From the IMG/VR virus record IMGVR_UViG_3300012667_000675, positions 1 to 29,452 of that record: 29,452 bases of DNA. One strand, 5' to 3'. Positions 1-8,443 of this stretch are shown one piece after another (the stretch's first letter is position 1; each line of letters begins with the position of its first letter). Below the pieces are notes generated by a model. It saw nothing but the letters and a program-made list of their open reading frames with translations, did not search any database and was not told the origin of the DNA. The translations under genes and the position numbers were made by a program. Source of the DNA: a virus. Its lineage: Duplodnaviria; Caudoviricetes.

Positions 1-55
1 ATGTTCTCCAGTTCGCCGCGGACGATGACGAAGCCCGTGCCGTTGTTGGCGATGG
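1..55. repeat. 55-bp terminal direct repeat (assembly overlap marking a circular contig)
   Basis: 1-55 is identical to 29398-29452, and the tail fibre reading frame continues across the junction (..GELEN|IDTSALTEG..). 55 is a common de Bruijn k-mer size. Confidence 0.97.
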
Positions 56-1484
56 ACGTCTTGACGAAGCCGATGGTCTGGGCGGAGTTCGTATCGTTGT
101 TAGCCTGGGCGAGCGTGATCAGGGGCTTGTTGCCCGTGGCTCCGCTGATGTAGACGATGGAACCTGCAGGGATAGTCGAGCCTGACTGGTTGCGGACTTC
201 GACCTCGAGGTTGCGAGCGACAGCCGTACCGCCAGCAAGGGCGGACTGCACGAAGGCGGTCGTAGCGATGGAAGTGTCGTTGTCGCCGAAGGTCGGGGTG
301 ACGGCCCGGGCGTCTCCCGTGAAGACAGGGCTGGCCAGCGGGGCGTACGGCGACAGGTCAATCGTCAGGTTGCCAGACGTGACCGACAGGGGCGACGAGA
401 CGCTGGTGATGTACGACGAGGTAGCCGTAACGACATCCCAAGCGCCGTTCTTTCGGGCGTATTGCGATCCGTCCGAAGGCGCGTCATTGATGACCGCCAG
501 AGAGCCGAGCCCGAGGTTAGTCCGGGCGGTGCTGGTCGAGGCAAGGCCGCTCAGGTTCCCAGCCTTCGACAGGTAGTCCGACATCCCCGACAAGGTCTGG
601 AACGTGGCGCTGGCCGTGGCGGTCGTGAGGTAGGCCGACAGGTCGACGGAGAGGTTGCCGGACGTGACGGAGAGCGGAGACGAGACGCTCGTGATGTAGT
701 CAGGGGTCGAGCCGGTGAAGGCGGTCGTCTGGACGGTGCCGTTGGGGAACGTGATACCGACGGACGGCTGGATCGTAAAGGAGCCAGAGGTCGCGTGCGT
801 CAGCGAAAGCGAGGTCGGCGTGAGGTTCGCGACGTTGGCGCCGGAACCCTGCACGGTGACGCCGGCGAAAGTCGGGGTGCTCAGGGAGCCTAGCCCGAGG
901 TTATCCCTGGCGGCCGAGACGGAGGCGACGGAGGCGAGGTTATCCGCCTTGCTCAGGTAGGGCGTCAGGGCGGAGGACGTGATGTAGCCCTGCCCAGTGA
1001 CCCACGATTCCGTCGCGTATCCTGATAGGCTGGCTGCCGTCAGGAAGCCCGATGGGTTACCAGTGAGGGGGTAGTATCCAGCGGCGGCAGCCGAGGTCGT
1101 CAGATACGAGCTCATGCCTGCCAGCGTCTGGAACGTTGCGTTGGCCGTGGCGGTCGTCAGGTAAGGGCTGAGGGCCGAGGACGTGATGTAGCCGGAAGGG
1201 TTGCTCGTCGAGTACTTGCCGTCGAGCGCCGTCTGGAGATCGGTCTGGTCGGACAGCGTGCCGACGATGCTTCCCCACGTGCCGCCTTCTCCGGGAGGGC
1301 CTTCGGGGCCGATGGGGCCCGGGATACCCTGCTCGCCTTGCGGTCCAGGGACGCCCACCGAACCCGACAGCGTGCCAGTGATGACGCCAGTGACCGTCCC
1401 CGTGACGGTGGACTGGTCGGCGGCGAACGTGCCGGTGATGGTCCCGAAGGTCGAGGCCGTGGACGTGATGATCGCGTCGGGCAT
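1..1484 (-). CDS. Tail fibre protein, N-terminal part (gene runs 1484->1, then 29397->27483; 1132 aa)
   Basis: ATG at 1484 lies just after the stop of 1488..1808. I found no in-frame stop down to position 1. It starts MPDAIITSTAST, contains collagen-like GVPGPQGEQGIPGPIGPEGPPGEG, and shares repeats (TWGSIxGTLSxQTDLQxALDxK, KADNL..ARxNLGLG, DNDTSIATTAFV) with ORF 27483..29372. Absent from the ORF track. Confidence 0.92.
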   Translation of the reverse strand, partial: MPDAIITSTASTFGTITGTFAADQSTVTGTVTGVITGTLSGSVGVPGPQGEQGIPGPIGPEGPPGEGGTWGSIVGTLSDQTDLQTALDGKYSTSNPSGYITSSALSPYLTTATANATFQTLAGMSSYLTTSAAAAGYYPLTGNPSGFLTAASLSGYATESWVTGQGYITSSALTPYLSKADNLASVASVSAARDNLGLGSLSTPTFAGVTVQGSGANVANLTPTSLSLTHATSGSFTIQPSVGITFPNGTVQTTAFTGSTPDYITSVSSPLSVTSGNLSVDLSAYLTTATASATFQTLSGMSDYLSKAGNLSGLASTSTARTNLGLGSLAVINDAPSDGSQYARKNGAWDVVTATSSYITSVSSPLSVTSGNLTIDLSPYAPLASPVFTGDARAVTPTFGDNDTSIATTAFVQSALAGGTAVARNLEVEVRNQSGSTIPAGSIVYISGATGNKPLITLAQANNDTNSAQTIGFVKTSIANNGTGFVIVRGELEN

Positions 1485-1487
1485 GGC

Positions 1488-1808
1488 TTAGACCGTTACA
1501 GAGTCGATGACGTTGACGCGGAATATTTCGGAGCGGCTGATGCTCGAGCCACTAAAGGCAAATTTGATGTCCCAGCGACCGACCCCGATGGCCCAGTCCG
1601 CCGTCGAGCCGGTGTAGGCCACCGTGAAGGACAGGCCGTCACCCGCCTTGGTGATGGTCATCGCGTATTGGTTGAACTGCTTGTCCTCGAAGGTCGAGGT
1701 GATCGTGGTCGTGAGCAGGTTAGCCGGACCAGAGGCACCCGGCGTCCAGGTGAACGTGCAGGCGAAGGTGTTGCCCCTCGAGACGGTTACGGTGTTTGGG
1801 CAGCTCAT
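1488..1808 (-). CDS. Small beta-rich baseplate/fibre-attachment protein (BppU-N-like)
   Basis: 106 aa with an RGNTF..GRWDIKF..FRVNVIDSVT pattern. It lies directly upstream of the fibre and is preceded by the late motif. Confidence 0.6.
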   Translation of the reverse strand: MSCPNTVTVSRGNTFACTFTWTPGASGPANLLTTTITSTFEDKQFNQYAMTITKAGDGLSFTVAYTGSTADWAIGVGRWDIKFAFSGSSISRSEIFRVNVIDSVTV

Positions 1809-1820
1809 CGGGTCTTAAAC

Positions 1821-1835
1821 TTGCCCCGATTGGAA
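1821..1835 (-). promoter_or_regulatory. Late motif copy: TTCCAA-TCGGG-GCAA, 12 nt before ATG
   Basis: One of six copies upstream of structural genes. Confidence 0.7.
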
Positions 1836-1840
1836 GGGGG

Positions 1841-2383
1841 TCAGAAAGCCGTGAAAGTGTCGATGTCCGAGACCGAGGTGATGGCGTTCAGGCCGATGTC
1901 CTGCCCGAACCAAGCGGCGTAGGGAGGGTCGTTCTCGAAGGCGTCTGCCGTGGCGGCCACTGTGCCCCCGCTGTAAGTCACTGTCAGGCCGACAAAGGAG
2001 TCCGTGATGTCCCTGAAGTCTAGAAGGTTGTATACGCTGGTATAGACCGGGTTGGTCGTGTCGTTCCAGATGGCGTCATAGGCACCGACGCTGATATAAC
2101 CAGGCGAGGTTCCAAAGCCGTTGTTATAACCTACGATAGGCCCAGCGTATTGAGTGTGCGGATTGCTGTTTACGTCCAACCAATCGGTCGTGTACGGCCA
2201 TTGGTCCACCCTGACGAAGAGGCCCTCGTCGGGGTGAAAGCCTGAGTCGATGACCAGGTTGTGGAACTGTGGCCCTGGGCCGACATACTTATGCCACTGA
2301 TCGTAAGCGCCGATGAGCGGGCAGCGGAGTTGAGCCCACGTCGAGTAGGCCCCAGAAGTCGCCTGTCCGATAACCTCGCCCAT
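1841..2383 (-). CDS. Putative tail tip/baseplate protein
   Basis: 180 aa, coupled to the upstream gene by a TGATG overlap, located in the tail module. Confidence 0.55.
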   Translation of the reverse strand: MGEVIGQATSGAYSTWAQLRCPLIGAYDQWHKYVGPGPQFHNLVIDSGFHPDEGLFVRVDQWPYTTDWLDVNSNPHTQYAGPIVGYNNGFGTSPGYISVGAYDAIWNDTTNPVYTSVYNLLDFRDITDSFVGLTVTYSGGTVAATADAFENDPPYAAWFGQDIGLNAITSVSDIDTFTAF

Positions 2384-2985
2384 CAGATGCGGGCGTAGAA
2401 GTAGCGGGCCGTGCTGCCAGCCAACTTGATACGGTCAGCCCAGAGGGAGCCGGTGACGTTCTGGCTTACGGTGAAGGTCGTCGGGGTGGTGATGTCATCG
2501 ACCGTGATCGTGCCGATGACGAGGAAGCCCCAGGTGTTATCGTCGGGGGTCGTGGGGGCGATGTTGCCGCCGATGATGACCGGATACTGATTAGTCGTGT
2601 CATCGTCGTCTGGGTAGGTGTAGGGGCTGGCAGTCTTAGCGCCTGCCCGCAGGGTGATGTAGGACGTCTTGGTCGTGGCGTCGAAGTTCGAGGACACCAG
2701 CTCACCCGTCGGGGGATTGGCTACGCCTGCGGTGACGCGGTCCAGTTTGACCTCGGTGCCGCTGACATAGTCGTCGATGATTGGGACGAGGTTGTTAATC
2801 GACCCGGACTGCACCTGATAGGTCACAGAGGTAACGCCGCCAGAGGTTCGCAGCGCCACGTTCACAATCTTGAACGGGTGCCCGCTTACGACCCCATCCC
2901 GACTAGGGAAGGGATCAGACGTGTCCAGAGTGAAGCCCTTTGAGGACGAGTCGAAGGTGTAGCCGACTCCGGGTTGCAGTTTCAT
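2383..2985 (-). CDS. Putative tail tip/baseplate protein
   Basis: 200 aa, T/V/G-rich beta-type composition, TGATG coupling, tail module synteny. Confidence 0.6.
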   Translation of the reverse strand: MKLQPGVGYTFDSSSKGFTLDTSDPFPSRDGVVSGHPFKIVNVALRTSGGVTSVTYQVQSGSINNLVPIIDDYVSGTEVKLDRVTAGVANPPTGELVSSNFDATTKTSYITLRAGAKTASPYTYPDDDDTTNQYPVIIGGNIAPTTPDDNTWGFLVIGTITVDDITTPTTFTVSQNVTGSLWADRIKLAGSTARYFYARI

Positions 2986-3821
2986 CAGACGGATGCGTAG
3001 ACCGAGGCATTATAGCCCTCGCGGTTGAAGCGCAGCTCATACTGAATCTTGTAGAGCAGGCCGAAGTCCTCGAAGGATACCTGAGAGAGAAGCAGCTGGT
3101 TCTTTCCGCTGATCGTAAAGGAAGTGCCCATGTAGGTCGGGACTAAGTTAACCGAGGCGAACGTGCCGTTGCCTGAAGTCTTGCCGACCGCGTTTCGGTG
3201 ATCATTCACGATGGTCGAGCTTGTCGTATAGAAGATGCCGGACAGCGAGCACTGCGGAGCGAGATAGTTCGACTTGCCGTAGAAGTCCTTGAACTCTGGC
3301 TTCTTGAAGCCAAGGAACTTGCGACCGATAGCAGCCTCGAAGGTCGCTCCATTGTTGCCTGCGTATTCCGCAGGGCTCGAGCCTGCCACCAGAGGATAAG
3401 CAGGGGTAGCCAGTGAGCCCGTGCCGACGCCGGCGATAGGTGAACCACTGAAGCCTCCAGCGGTGTAGACTTCGAAGAAGTTCGGGTGGGTCGTGATGTT
3501 CTCAGAGGTCAGGCCCTGCGAGCCGGTGATCTGCGGGTCGGTGCGGGTGCCGCTGTTCGTGCCAGGGCTGATGCCGACATAGTCCACGCTGACCGTGGCG
3601 ATGCTCAGGGCATCGAAGGACAAGGTCGCCTTATGCGCCTTGAGGTAGGAGAAGCCAGCGGCCGGGAAGGTCTGACCGCGGTTCGCGAAGTCAAACGTGC
3701 CGCCTTGGTCGACCTTGAATACGCCGATAGCGGTGCTCAGGCCATAGCCGTCGGTCTGGATTTTGTATCCAGGCTGAAGGATGCCAGTCAGTAGGGTGTC
3801 CCCTGTTTGAACGATTGCCAT
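2985..3821 (-). CDS. Putative distal tail/hub protein
   Basis: 278 aa immediately downstream of the tape-measure-like gene. The call is by synteny only. Confidence 0.55.
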   Translation of the reverse strand: MAIVQTGDTLLTGILQPGYKIQTDGYGLSTAIGVFKVDQGGTFDFANRGQTFPAAGFSYLKAHKATLSFDALSIATVSVDYVGISPGTNSGTRTDPQITGSQGLTSENITTHPNFFEVYTAGGFSGSPIAGVGTGSLATPAYPLVAGSSPAEYAGNNGATFEAAIGRKFLGFKKPEFKDFYGKSNYLAPQCSLSGIFYTTSSTIVNDHRNAVGKTSGNGTFASVNLVPTYMGTSFTISGKNQLLLSQVSFEDFGLLYKIQYELRFNREGYNASVYASV

Positions 3822-3824
3822 AAA

Positions 3825-4652
3825 TTATTTGGATTGGTCGCCCTTCGTGAAGTCGCCTTTACCAGCAGGAGTGCTGCCGGAGATTTTCTGGAGCTCGGCG
3901 AGCTGGGCCAGCGCGATCTCGGTCTGCTGGGCCATGGCCTCGAGCACTGGGTTCGGGCCTACGCCGATGACGTTGGAGAAGCCTTCTGGGCCTTTGAAGT
4001 CTTTCTTTTCTGCGCTAGGAAGAGGCTTGTTTTTAGCCTGATCCATGATTGCCAACTGAACTGCAGATTGAATCTCTGGGCTTTTAGCAAGAAGGGCAGC
4101 CGAAGATTCACGATCCATTCCAGCAAGAGGCTTAAGAAACCCGGGCCTGTTCTGGTCGCCTGCTCCCTTGAGTTGCATGATGGCTCTACCAACAGGGTCG
4201 TTAAGGAGGAACTCTTTAGTGATGTCCTCTCGTGACATGGCAGCCTGTTCTCGGTTTTCCTTTTCCTTCTTTTCGTTATTTCGCTTTCTGGCGTAGTAAC
4301 GATCCTCAGCGGACATCAGCTCGTTTGTACCGTCAATGGCTGCCTGATTGGCGTCTTCATGCTTCTTTTTATTTTCCTCGATAAGGCGTCCAATCAAAGC
4401 CATCGCCCCGGTGAAGAGTGCCATCGGTCCAAGAACCGAAAGGAAGATATCTTTGAACGATGTGCCGAACTTCTTTTGGATGTCCTGAATCTGATTGCCT
4501 GCCTTGGCGGTCTCTTGCTTGGCGCTCTGGCTGGTCTTCTTGTTTACTTCATCGACCTGCTTGGAGAAGCCTGAGACGGCTTGCTTGGCTTTGTCGACGG
4601 CCTGCGGGACGTCAGACGTCGTCTTAAGGTTAAGCTCCAGGGATTGGCTCAT
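3825..4652 (-). CDS. Short tape-measure-like protein
   Basis: 275 aa, helical and A/K/Q/E-rich. N-terminus SQSLELNLKTTSDVPQAVDKAK, hydrophobic stretch IFLSVLGPMALFTGAMALIGRLI, C-terminal QQTEIALAQLAELQKI. It follows the tube and chaperone genes. Confidence 0.65.
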   Translation of the reverse strand: MSQSLELNLKTTSDVPQAVDKAKQAVSGFSKQVDEVNKKTSQSAKQETAKAGNQIQDIQKKFGTSFKDIFLSVLGPMALFTGAMALIGRLIEENKKKHEDANQAAIDGTNELMSAEDRYYARKRNNEKKEKENREQAAMSREDITKEFLLNDPVGRAIMQLKGAGDQNRPGFLKPLAGMDRESSAALLAKSPEIQSAVQLAIMDQAKNKPLPSAEKKDFKGPEGFSNVIGVGPNPVLEAMAQQTEIALAQLAELQKISGSTPAGKGDFTKGDQSK

Positions 4653-5244
4653 CGGGTATTTCCTTTGCAGGATTGGAAGGGGTGGCGGCGGCTTTCTCCC
4701 GGGCTTCCTCTTCGGCCATGAAGGCTTCCTCTTCAGGTGACATGATCGCTACGTCCGCCCCCTTGCGGATAGCCAGGGCGGAGTTGAGCCAGATGGCCTG
4801 ACACTCCGGCATCTCCCACGCTCGCTTTTCCTCGATGCCATTGGCGATGAGGTTGGCCACGATGGACAGCGGCCAAGGAACCCCCTTGCTTCCGCCTCCA
4901 GACTTGGCCTTTGATTGCTCCCAGAACTTAGGCCAGTCATGGACTAGGATGTAGCCGGCGAAGGCATCGAGCAGGCGCTCGAACTTGGCTGGGTTTTTAG
5001 CGTAGTAGACAATGCGGACCTTATCCGCGAACGAGAGTTTGCCACCTAGTGGCTCTTCCGAGCAGACCTGACAGGCGAAGAGTAGGTCAGCAAACGTGAT
5101 GTCCTTTGATCCGTTAAGCAGCGGGGAGTCGAAGGCCATGAGGCGCACCCGGTACTTGAGGCACCACGGATAAAGCGAACGACCCAGCAGCCGAAAGGGC
5201 GCCGGGTCGACGTAGGCGTTCAGGAAGCGGCGGTCCACGGCCAC
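4630..5244 (-). CDS. Tail assembly chaperone-like protein (start may be GTG at 5238)
   Basis: Sits between the tail tube and the TMP. The C-terminal LIANGIEEKRAWEMPECQAIW resembles chaperone T-segments. Confidence 0.55.
   Translation of the reverse strand: MAVDRRFLNAYVDPAPFRLLGRSLYPWCLKYRVRLMAFDSPLLNGSKDITFADLLFACQVCSEEPLGGKLSFADKVRIVYYAKNPAKFERLLDAFAGYILVHDWPKFWEQSKAKSGGGSKGVPWPLSIVANLIANGIEEKRAWEMPECQAIWLNSALAIRKGADVAIMSPEEEAFMAEEEAREKAAATPSNPAKEIPDEPIPGA
4665..4678 (-). promoter_or_regulatory. Late motif variant: TTCCAA-TCCT-GCAA, 12 nt before the TMP ATG
   Basis: 4-nt spacer, inside the 3' end of the chaperone gene. Confidence 0.5.
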
Positions 5245-5272
5245 TAGCCTAACGACCTATCGGGGAAGTCAA

Positions 5273-5656
5273 TTAGGCAGAAGGCGTGATGCCTTCGTAG
5301 TCGACCGCCGTAATCGTGACAGCCGTGAAGCCCTTATTCGAGCCCTTATCGTCAATCTTGGTAATGGTGCCAGAGAAGGAAGCAGAGGCCGAACCGCTGG
5401 GGTAGGCCGAGGCGGTGTTGACCGTGAAGGACAGGGTGGCACCAAGGGTCGGCATGGTCGAGGTCTTGGCGATGCCTTCGATGGTAATCTCGGACTTGCG
5501 GTCGTCGTAACGGGCCGTCTTGGTGATGCCGGACTCGTCGGCCACGGTGGCCTCGGCATTGAAGGAGGACGAGAGGCTGTAGCTCTGGACGAAGAGGTTG
5601 GTGACAGTACCCGCGACTCCGTAGATGCAGGTGGTTCCGGTATCGATGGCGGCCAT
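5273..5656 (-). CDS. Tail tube (major tail) protein
   Basis: 127 aa, T/S/A/G-rich beta-type sequence, after the tail terminator and preceded by the late motif. Confidence 0.7.
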   Translation of the reverse strand: MAAIDTGTTCIYGVAGTVTNLFVQSYSLSSSFNAEATVADESGITKTARYDDRKSEITIEGIAKTSTMPTLGATLSFTVNTASAYPSGSASASFSGTITKIDDKGSNKGFTAVTITAVDYEGITPSA

Positions 5657-5662
5657 TTGTAT

Positions 5663-5677
5663 TTGCGAGGTTTGGAA
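5663..5677 (-). promoter_or_regulatory. Late motif copy: TTCCAA-ACCTC-GCAA, 6 nt before the tail tube ATG
   Basis: Fills most of the intergenic gap. Confidence 0.72.
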
Positions 5678-5679
5678 GG

Positions 5680-6114
5680 TTACGCGGCAGGGAGAACCAC
5701 CAGAACGTCAAAGGAGAAAGCCGTGGCCCAGGAGCGTTCGTCGATGCCCTCGTCTTCCGAGCCGATCGTGACGTCGTAGCAGGTCGCGTCCCCGCTGGCC
5801 ACGAAGGCCGCCTTGATGCTTGTCAGGTCACGCATATTGCCGGACAGGGCGGCGCATCGGGCACGGTGATCGGCTAGGGTCGTGTCGTCGGCGTTTGAGA
5901 AGAGGGTGATGCGGACGGAGCAGGAGTAGTTGCCCAGTCCTTCGGGCAGGTCGCCAGGAGCCCGGGCGGAGTCGCATAGGATTACGGCCTTGGGCAGAGT
6001 CTGGATGACGGCGCTGTCCCCAGTCAGGAAGGTGACGCTTGTCAGCCCTGTCTGGGTCGATAGGTAGGTCGATACGACAGATTCGACGATGTGGCGGATG
6101 GATTTGGTGCCCAT
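5680..6114 (-). CDS. Tail terminator/completion protein
   Basis: 144 aa with LPKAVILCD..NYSCSVRITL..WATAFSFDVLV, upstream of the tube gene. Confidence 0.6.
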   Translation of the reverse strand: MGTKSIRHIVESVVSTYLSTQTGLTSVTFLTGDSAVIQTLPKAVILCDSARAPGDLPEGLGNYSCSVRITLFSNADDTTLADHRARCAALSGNMRDLTSIKAAFVASGDATCYDVTIGSEDEGIDERSWATAFSFDVLVVLPAA

Positions 6115-6119
6115 AAAAG

Positions 6120-7076
6120 TTATGATTGGTTGGCTTCTTTGGTGGTATTGTTCAGGTGGAACTTCACACGCGCCTTCATTTGTTTCCTGCGGTTGGCGTA
6201 TACGAGTTGCAGGACGTTGGCGTCGGTTGCGATTCCTGAGATATTGCCCATCGAGTTGCTGATGGTGATGTCCACGTTCTTGTCGTCGGCAGAGACATTG
6301 CTTCGTCCGGCGATATTGGTGTGACGGTTAATCCAAGAGACGTTCAAAAGGTCTGTTCCGAAGTTCTTCGGGATGCCGTTAATCATGGGCGGAGGCAGGG
6401 ATCGCAGGGCTGACGCCCACCCTGACTTGATACTACCGACCTTCATCTGCCGGTCCTTGATGTATTCCTTCAGCTCTGCGGTAGTCTCGACAAGCAGCTT
6501 CTTTTTGACGGGCTTGACCTTGCGCTTGATTCGTCCGCCGAACTTGGCCTTGATTTCGTTGTGAACTGGCTTGAGGTTGAACACGTAGCCAATCGTTCCG
6601 TAATCGCTCAAGACGATGTTCGCTCGGTTCAGGTAGTTCTTAGCCTTCCTGAACGCCCGGTCGTAGTCCATGTCATTGGCGATTTTCTGCATGATCGGAG
6701 AAAGGCTCTTCAGCGCCTTCATGGACCCACTGCCAATCAGCTTGTTAAACGTCCCGATGTCGTTGTTCCTAGTCGCGTAGGCGAGGTTAGTGGCAAGGAC
6801 ATTAGCCGCATTCTTTGAGTATCGGTCGTTAGCAGAGACGTAAATCTTTTTGATGTCACCTTCTACCGCGTCATCACCGGCGATTTCGGCGGCCTTGGAC
6901 AATCCCTTGCCGCCACCCTTAGCCAGGGGAGGCGTGAAGGTGGCCGCGTCCTGACAGGCAAGGGCGGCTTGCTCAAGGAAAGCGTCACGCAAGGTCTGCC
7001 CAGTCTTCTTGGCGAAGCGCTTAAGCCCAGCTAGAAACTTGGCTTCTGAGTCCTTGTTGACGCTTACCGATACCAC
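6120..7076 (-). CDS. Basic neck/tail-completion protein (HK97 gp10/lambda gpZ position)
   Basis: K/R-rich, about 318 aa from GTG 7076 (the track start 7118 overlaps the upstream gene). Contains TPP and GSIKSGW motifs. Synteny supports the call. Confidence 0.55.
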   Translation of the reverse strand: MVSVSVNKDSEAKFLAGLKRFAKKTGQTLRDAFLEQAALACQDAATFTPPLAKGGGKGLSKAAEIAGDDAVEGDIKKIYVSANDRYSKNAANVLATNLAYATRNNDIGTFNKLIGSGSMKALKSLSPIMQKIANDMDYDRAFRKAKNYLNRANIVLSDYGTIGYVFNLKPVHNEIKAKFGGRIKRKVKPVKKKLLVETTAELKEYIKDRQMKVGSIKSGWASALRSLPPPMINGIPKNFGTDLLNVSWINRHTNIAGRSNVSADDKNVDITISNSMGNISGIATDANVLQLVYANRRKQMKARVKFHLNNTTKEANQS

Positions 7077-7081
7077 GGCGC

Positions 7082-7459
7082 TTACTGGTTGTCGTCGATG
7101 ACGACCAGCGTCACCCACGCGGAACCGGGCTTATAGGTCTGGGTCGTGATGCGGACGGTCTTACCGCCGGCCACGATCTTCTTGCCCTGAGCGAGGGACG
7201 GGATGACGGCACCCGAGGCGATGATGGCAGCCGATGCCCCAATAGACCCATCTGGCTGGCTCCAGGAGGCCGTTACAGCGGGGAGCCTGACACTATACTG
7301 GGTCCGCTCCATATACCCCCCTGATTCGAGCACGGTGGCCACGGCAGGGTCGGAGATGAGGCAGGAGAAGGTGATGGCCCCTGAGTTGGCCGACCCGGCC
7401 ACGCCGAAGTCCGCGATCATCTCCTTCGCGTCAGCCAGAAACTCAGAGTAGAGGCTCAT
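7082..7459 (-). CDS. Head closure/head-tail joining protein (gpFII-like position)
   Basis: 125 aa from ATG 7459 (MSLYSEFLADAKEMIADFG), after the MCP terminator and the late motif. Confidence 0.6.
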   Translation of the reverse strand: MSLYSEFLADAKEMIADFGVAGSANSGAITFSCLISDPAVATVLESGGYMERTQYSVRLPAVTASWSQPDGSIGASAAIIASGAVIPSLAQGKKIVAGGKTVRITTQTYKPGSAWVTLVVIDDNQ

Positions 7460-7466
7460 CTTTCCT

Positions 7467-7481
7467 TTGCCCTGTTTGGGA
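7467..7481 (-). promoter_or_regulatory. Late motif copy: TCCCAA-ACAGG-GCAA, 7 nt before ATG
   Basis: Directly after the MCP terminator. Confidence 0.68.
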
Positions 7482-7488
7482 TAGGCAC

Positions 7489-7513
7489 AAAAAAGGGCCC
7501 CTTGCGGAGCCCT
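7489..7513 (-). terminator. Intrinsic terminator after the major capsid gene
   Basis: Minus strand reads AGGGCTCC-GCAA-GGGGCCCT-TTTTT. A second small GCAA-loop hairpin lies at about 7521-7534. Confidence 0.85.
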
Positions 7514-7538
7514 CGTTTGTCTGCCTTGCGGCGGCTGA

Positions 7539-8408
7539 TTAGGCCGTGGTGAGGCGGTTGAGCGAGGTCGCGCGACCGACAGCGGCACCGAAGAGCAGCG
7601 TGGCGGTGACGTTGTAGTAGCCGGACTGCTCCTGGCCCATGAGGACCTGCACGCCGAGGCCGGTGTCGGCGTCGACAGCGTTGGCCACTTCGAAGCCCGG
7701 GATTTCGCCCATCGGGAGGGCGGAGGCGACGGCGATAGCGTCAGCGCCGCAACCGAAGCCAGCGAGGGATTCCGAGTTAGCAGGGAGGCTGTTCCACTGG
7801 TAGACCGAGGCACCAGCGAGGGTACCGATCTGGCCGGAGGTCAGGATGCCAGCACCGAGGACGGAGTTACCGATGATGGTAGCGTCGCCCAGGAGGTTGT
7901 TGGCGTAGGTCGGGTTCAGGATGAACGCGCGGGGTTCGGCGGCCTTGGCGGCGTCAAGCACGCCCTTGGAGGCGACGACTTCAGCGTAGGTCAGGCCAGC
8001 GCCGGTGTTCGTGCCCGAGCTGTAGTTGGCGGCGACGATGAGGGCGCCGATTTCAGCGAGGCACTTTTCAGCGAGGGCGTTGGCGGCGGTCGGGACGAAG
8101 GCGTTCGAGAGGAACTGAGCGCCGTACATCTTGACGTCGAGGGGCGAGAAGCGGGACGAGACCTTGAAATGTTTCAAGGTGACGTTAGCGGCGGTGATCG
8201 TCGCGTCGTCTTGGGTTAGATATCCGCCGGAGCCGAACTCGGTGGCGGTGGACGTGCCGATCAGGGGAACCTGGACGGTCTTGCCCGCAGCCGATTCAGC
8301 GGCGGTGAAGACGCTGGAGAAGGCGCGGAGCGCGGGGAGCTTGCCCTTCAGGGAAGCGATGACGCTCTCGGCGAGGACGCTCGGAGCAACTGCGATGGAG
8401 TTAGCCAT
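7539..8408 (-). CDS. Major capsid protein (HK97 fold expected)
   Basis: 289 aa after the protease and scaffold. GKTVQVP, RAFILNPTYANNLL, GQIGTLAGASVY and TLLFGAAVGR fit a small HK97-fold MCP. A terminator follows. Confidence 0.85.
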   Translation of the reverse strand: MANSIAVAPSVLAESVIASLKGKLPALRAFSSVFTAAESAAGKTVQVPLIGTSTATEFGSGGYLTQDDATITAANVTLKHFKVSSRFSPLDVKMYGAQFLSNAFVPTAANALAEKCLAEIGALIVAANYSSGTNTGAGLTYAEVVASKGVLDAAKAAEPRAFILNPTYANNLLGDATIIGNSVLGAGILTSGQIGTLAGASVYQWNSLPANSESLAGFGCGADAIAVASALPMGEIPGFEVANAVDADTGLGVQVLMGQEQSGYYNVTATLLFGAAVGRATSLNRLTTA

Positions 8409-8443
8409 GTGTGTGTTTTAGGAGATTGAGGGTTAGGGGGAAA

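Noticed and set aside
1-55. Terminal repeat as a biological DTR or att site
   Set aside because: It lies mid-gene and its length matches an assembler k-mer. A GpA-type terminase implies cos ends elsewhere.
1821-1835. Late motif as a sigma54 promoter
   Set aside because: The plus strand shows TTGC before TTGGAA, the reverse of the -24 GG/-12 GC order, and it would point away from the genes.
4993-4999. TAAAAAC as the chaperone slippery site
   Set aside because: It is not a canonical X XXY YYZ heptamer, and no separate downstream T ORF needs to be joined.
7460-7813. N-terminal extensions given by the ORF track (e.g. starts 7813, 9887, 16677, 17314, 18293, 20095, 24360, 27395)
   Set aside because: They overlap upstream genes in another frame and are S/P/R-rich. 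Downstream starts with coupling or C-rich leaders fit better.
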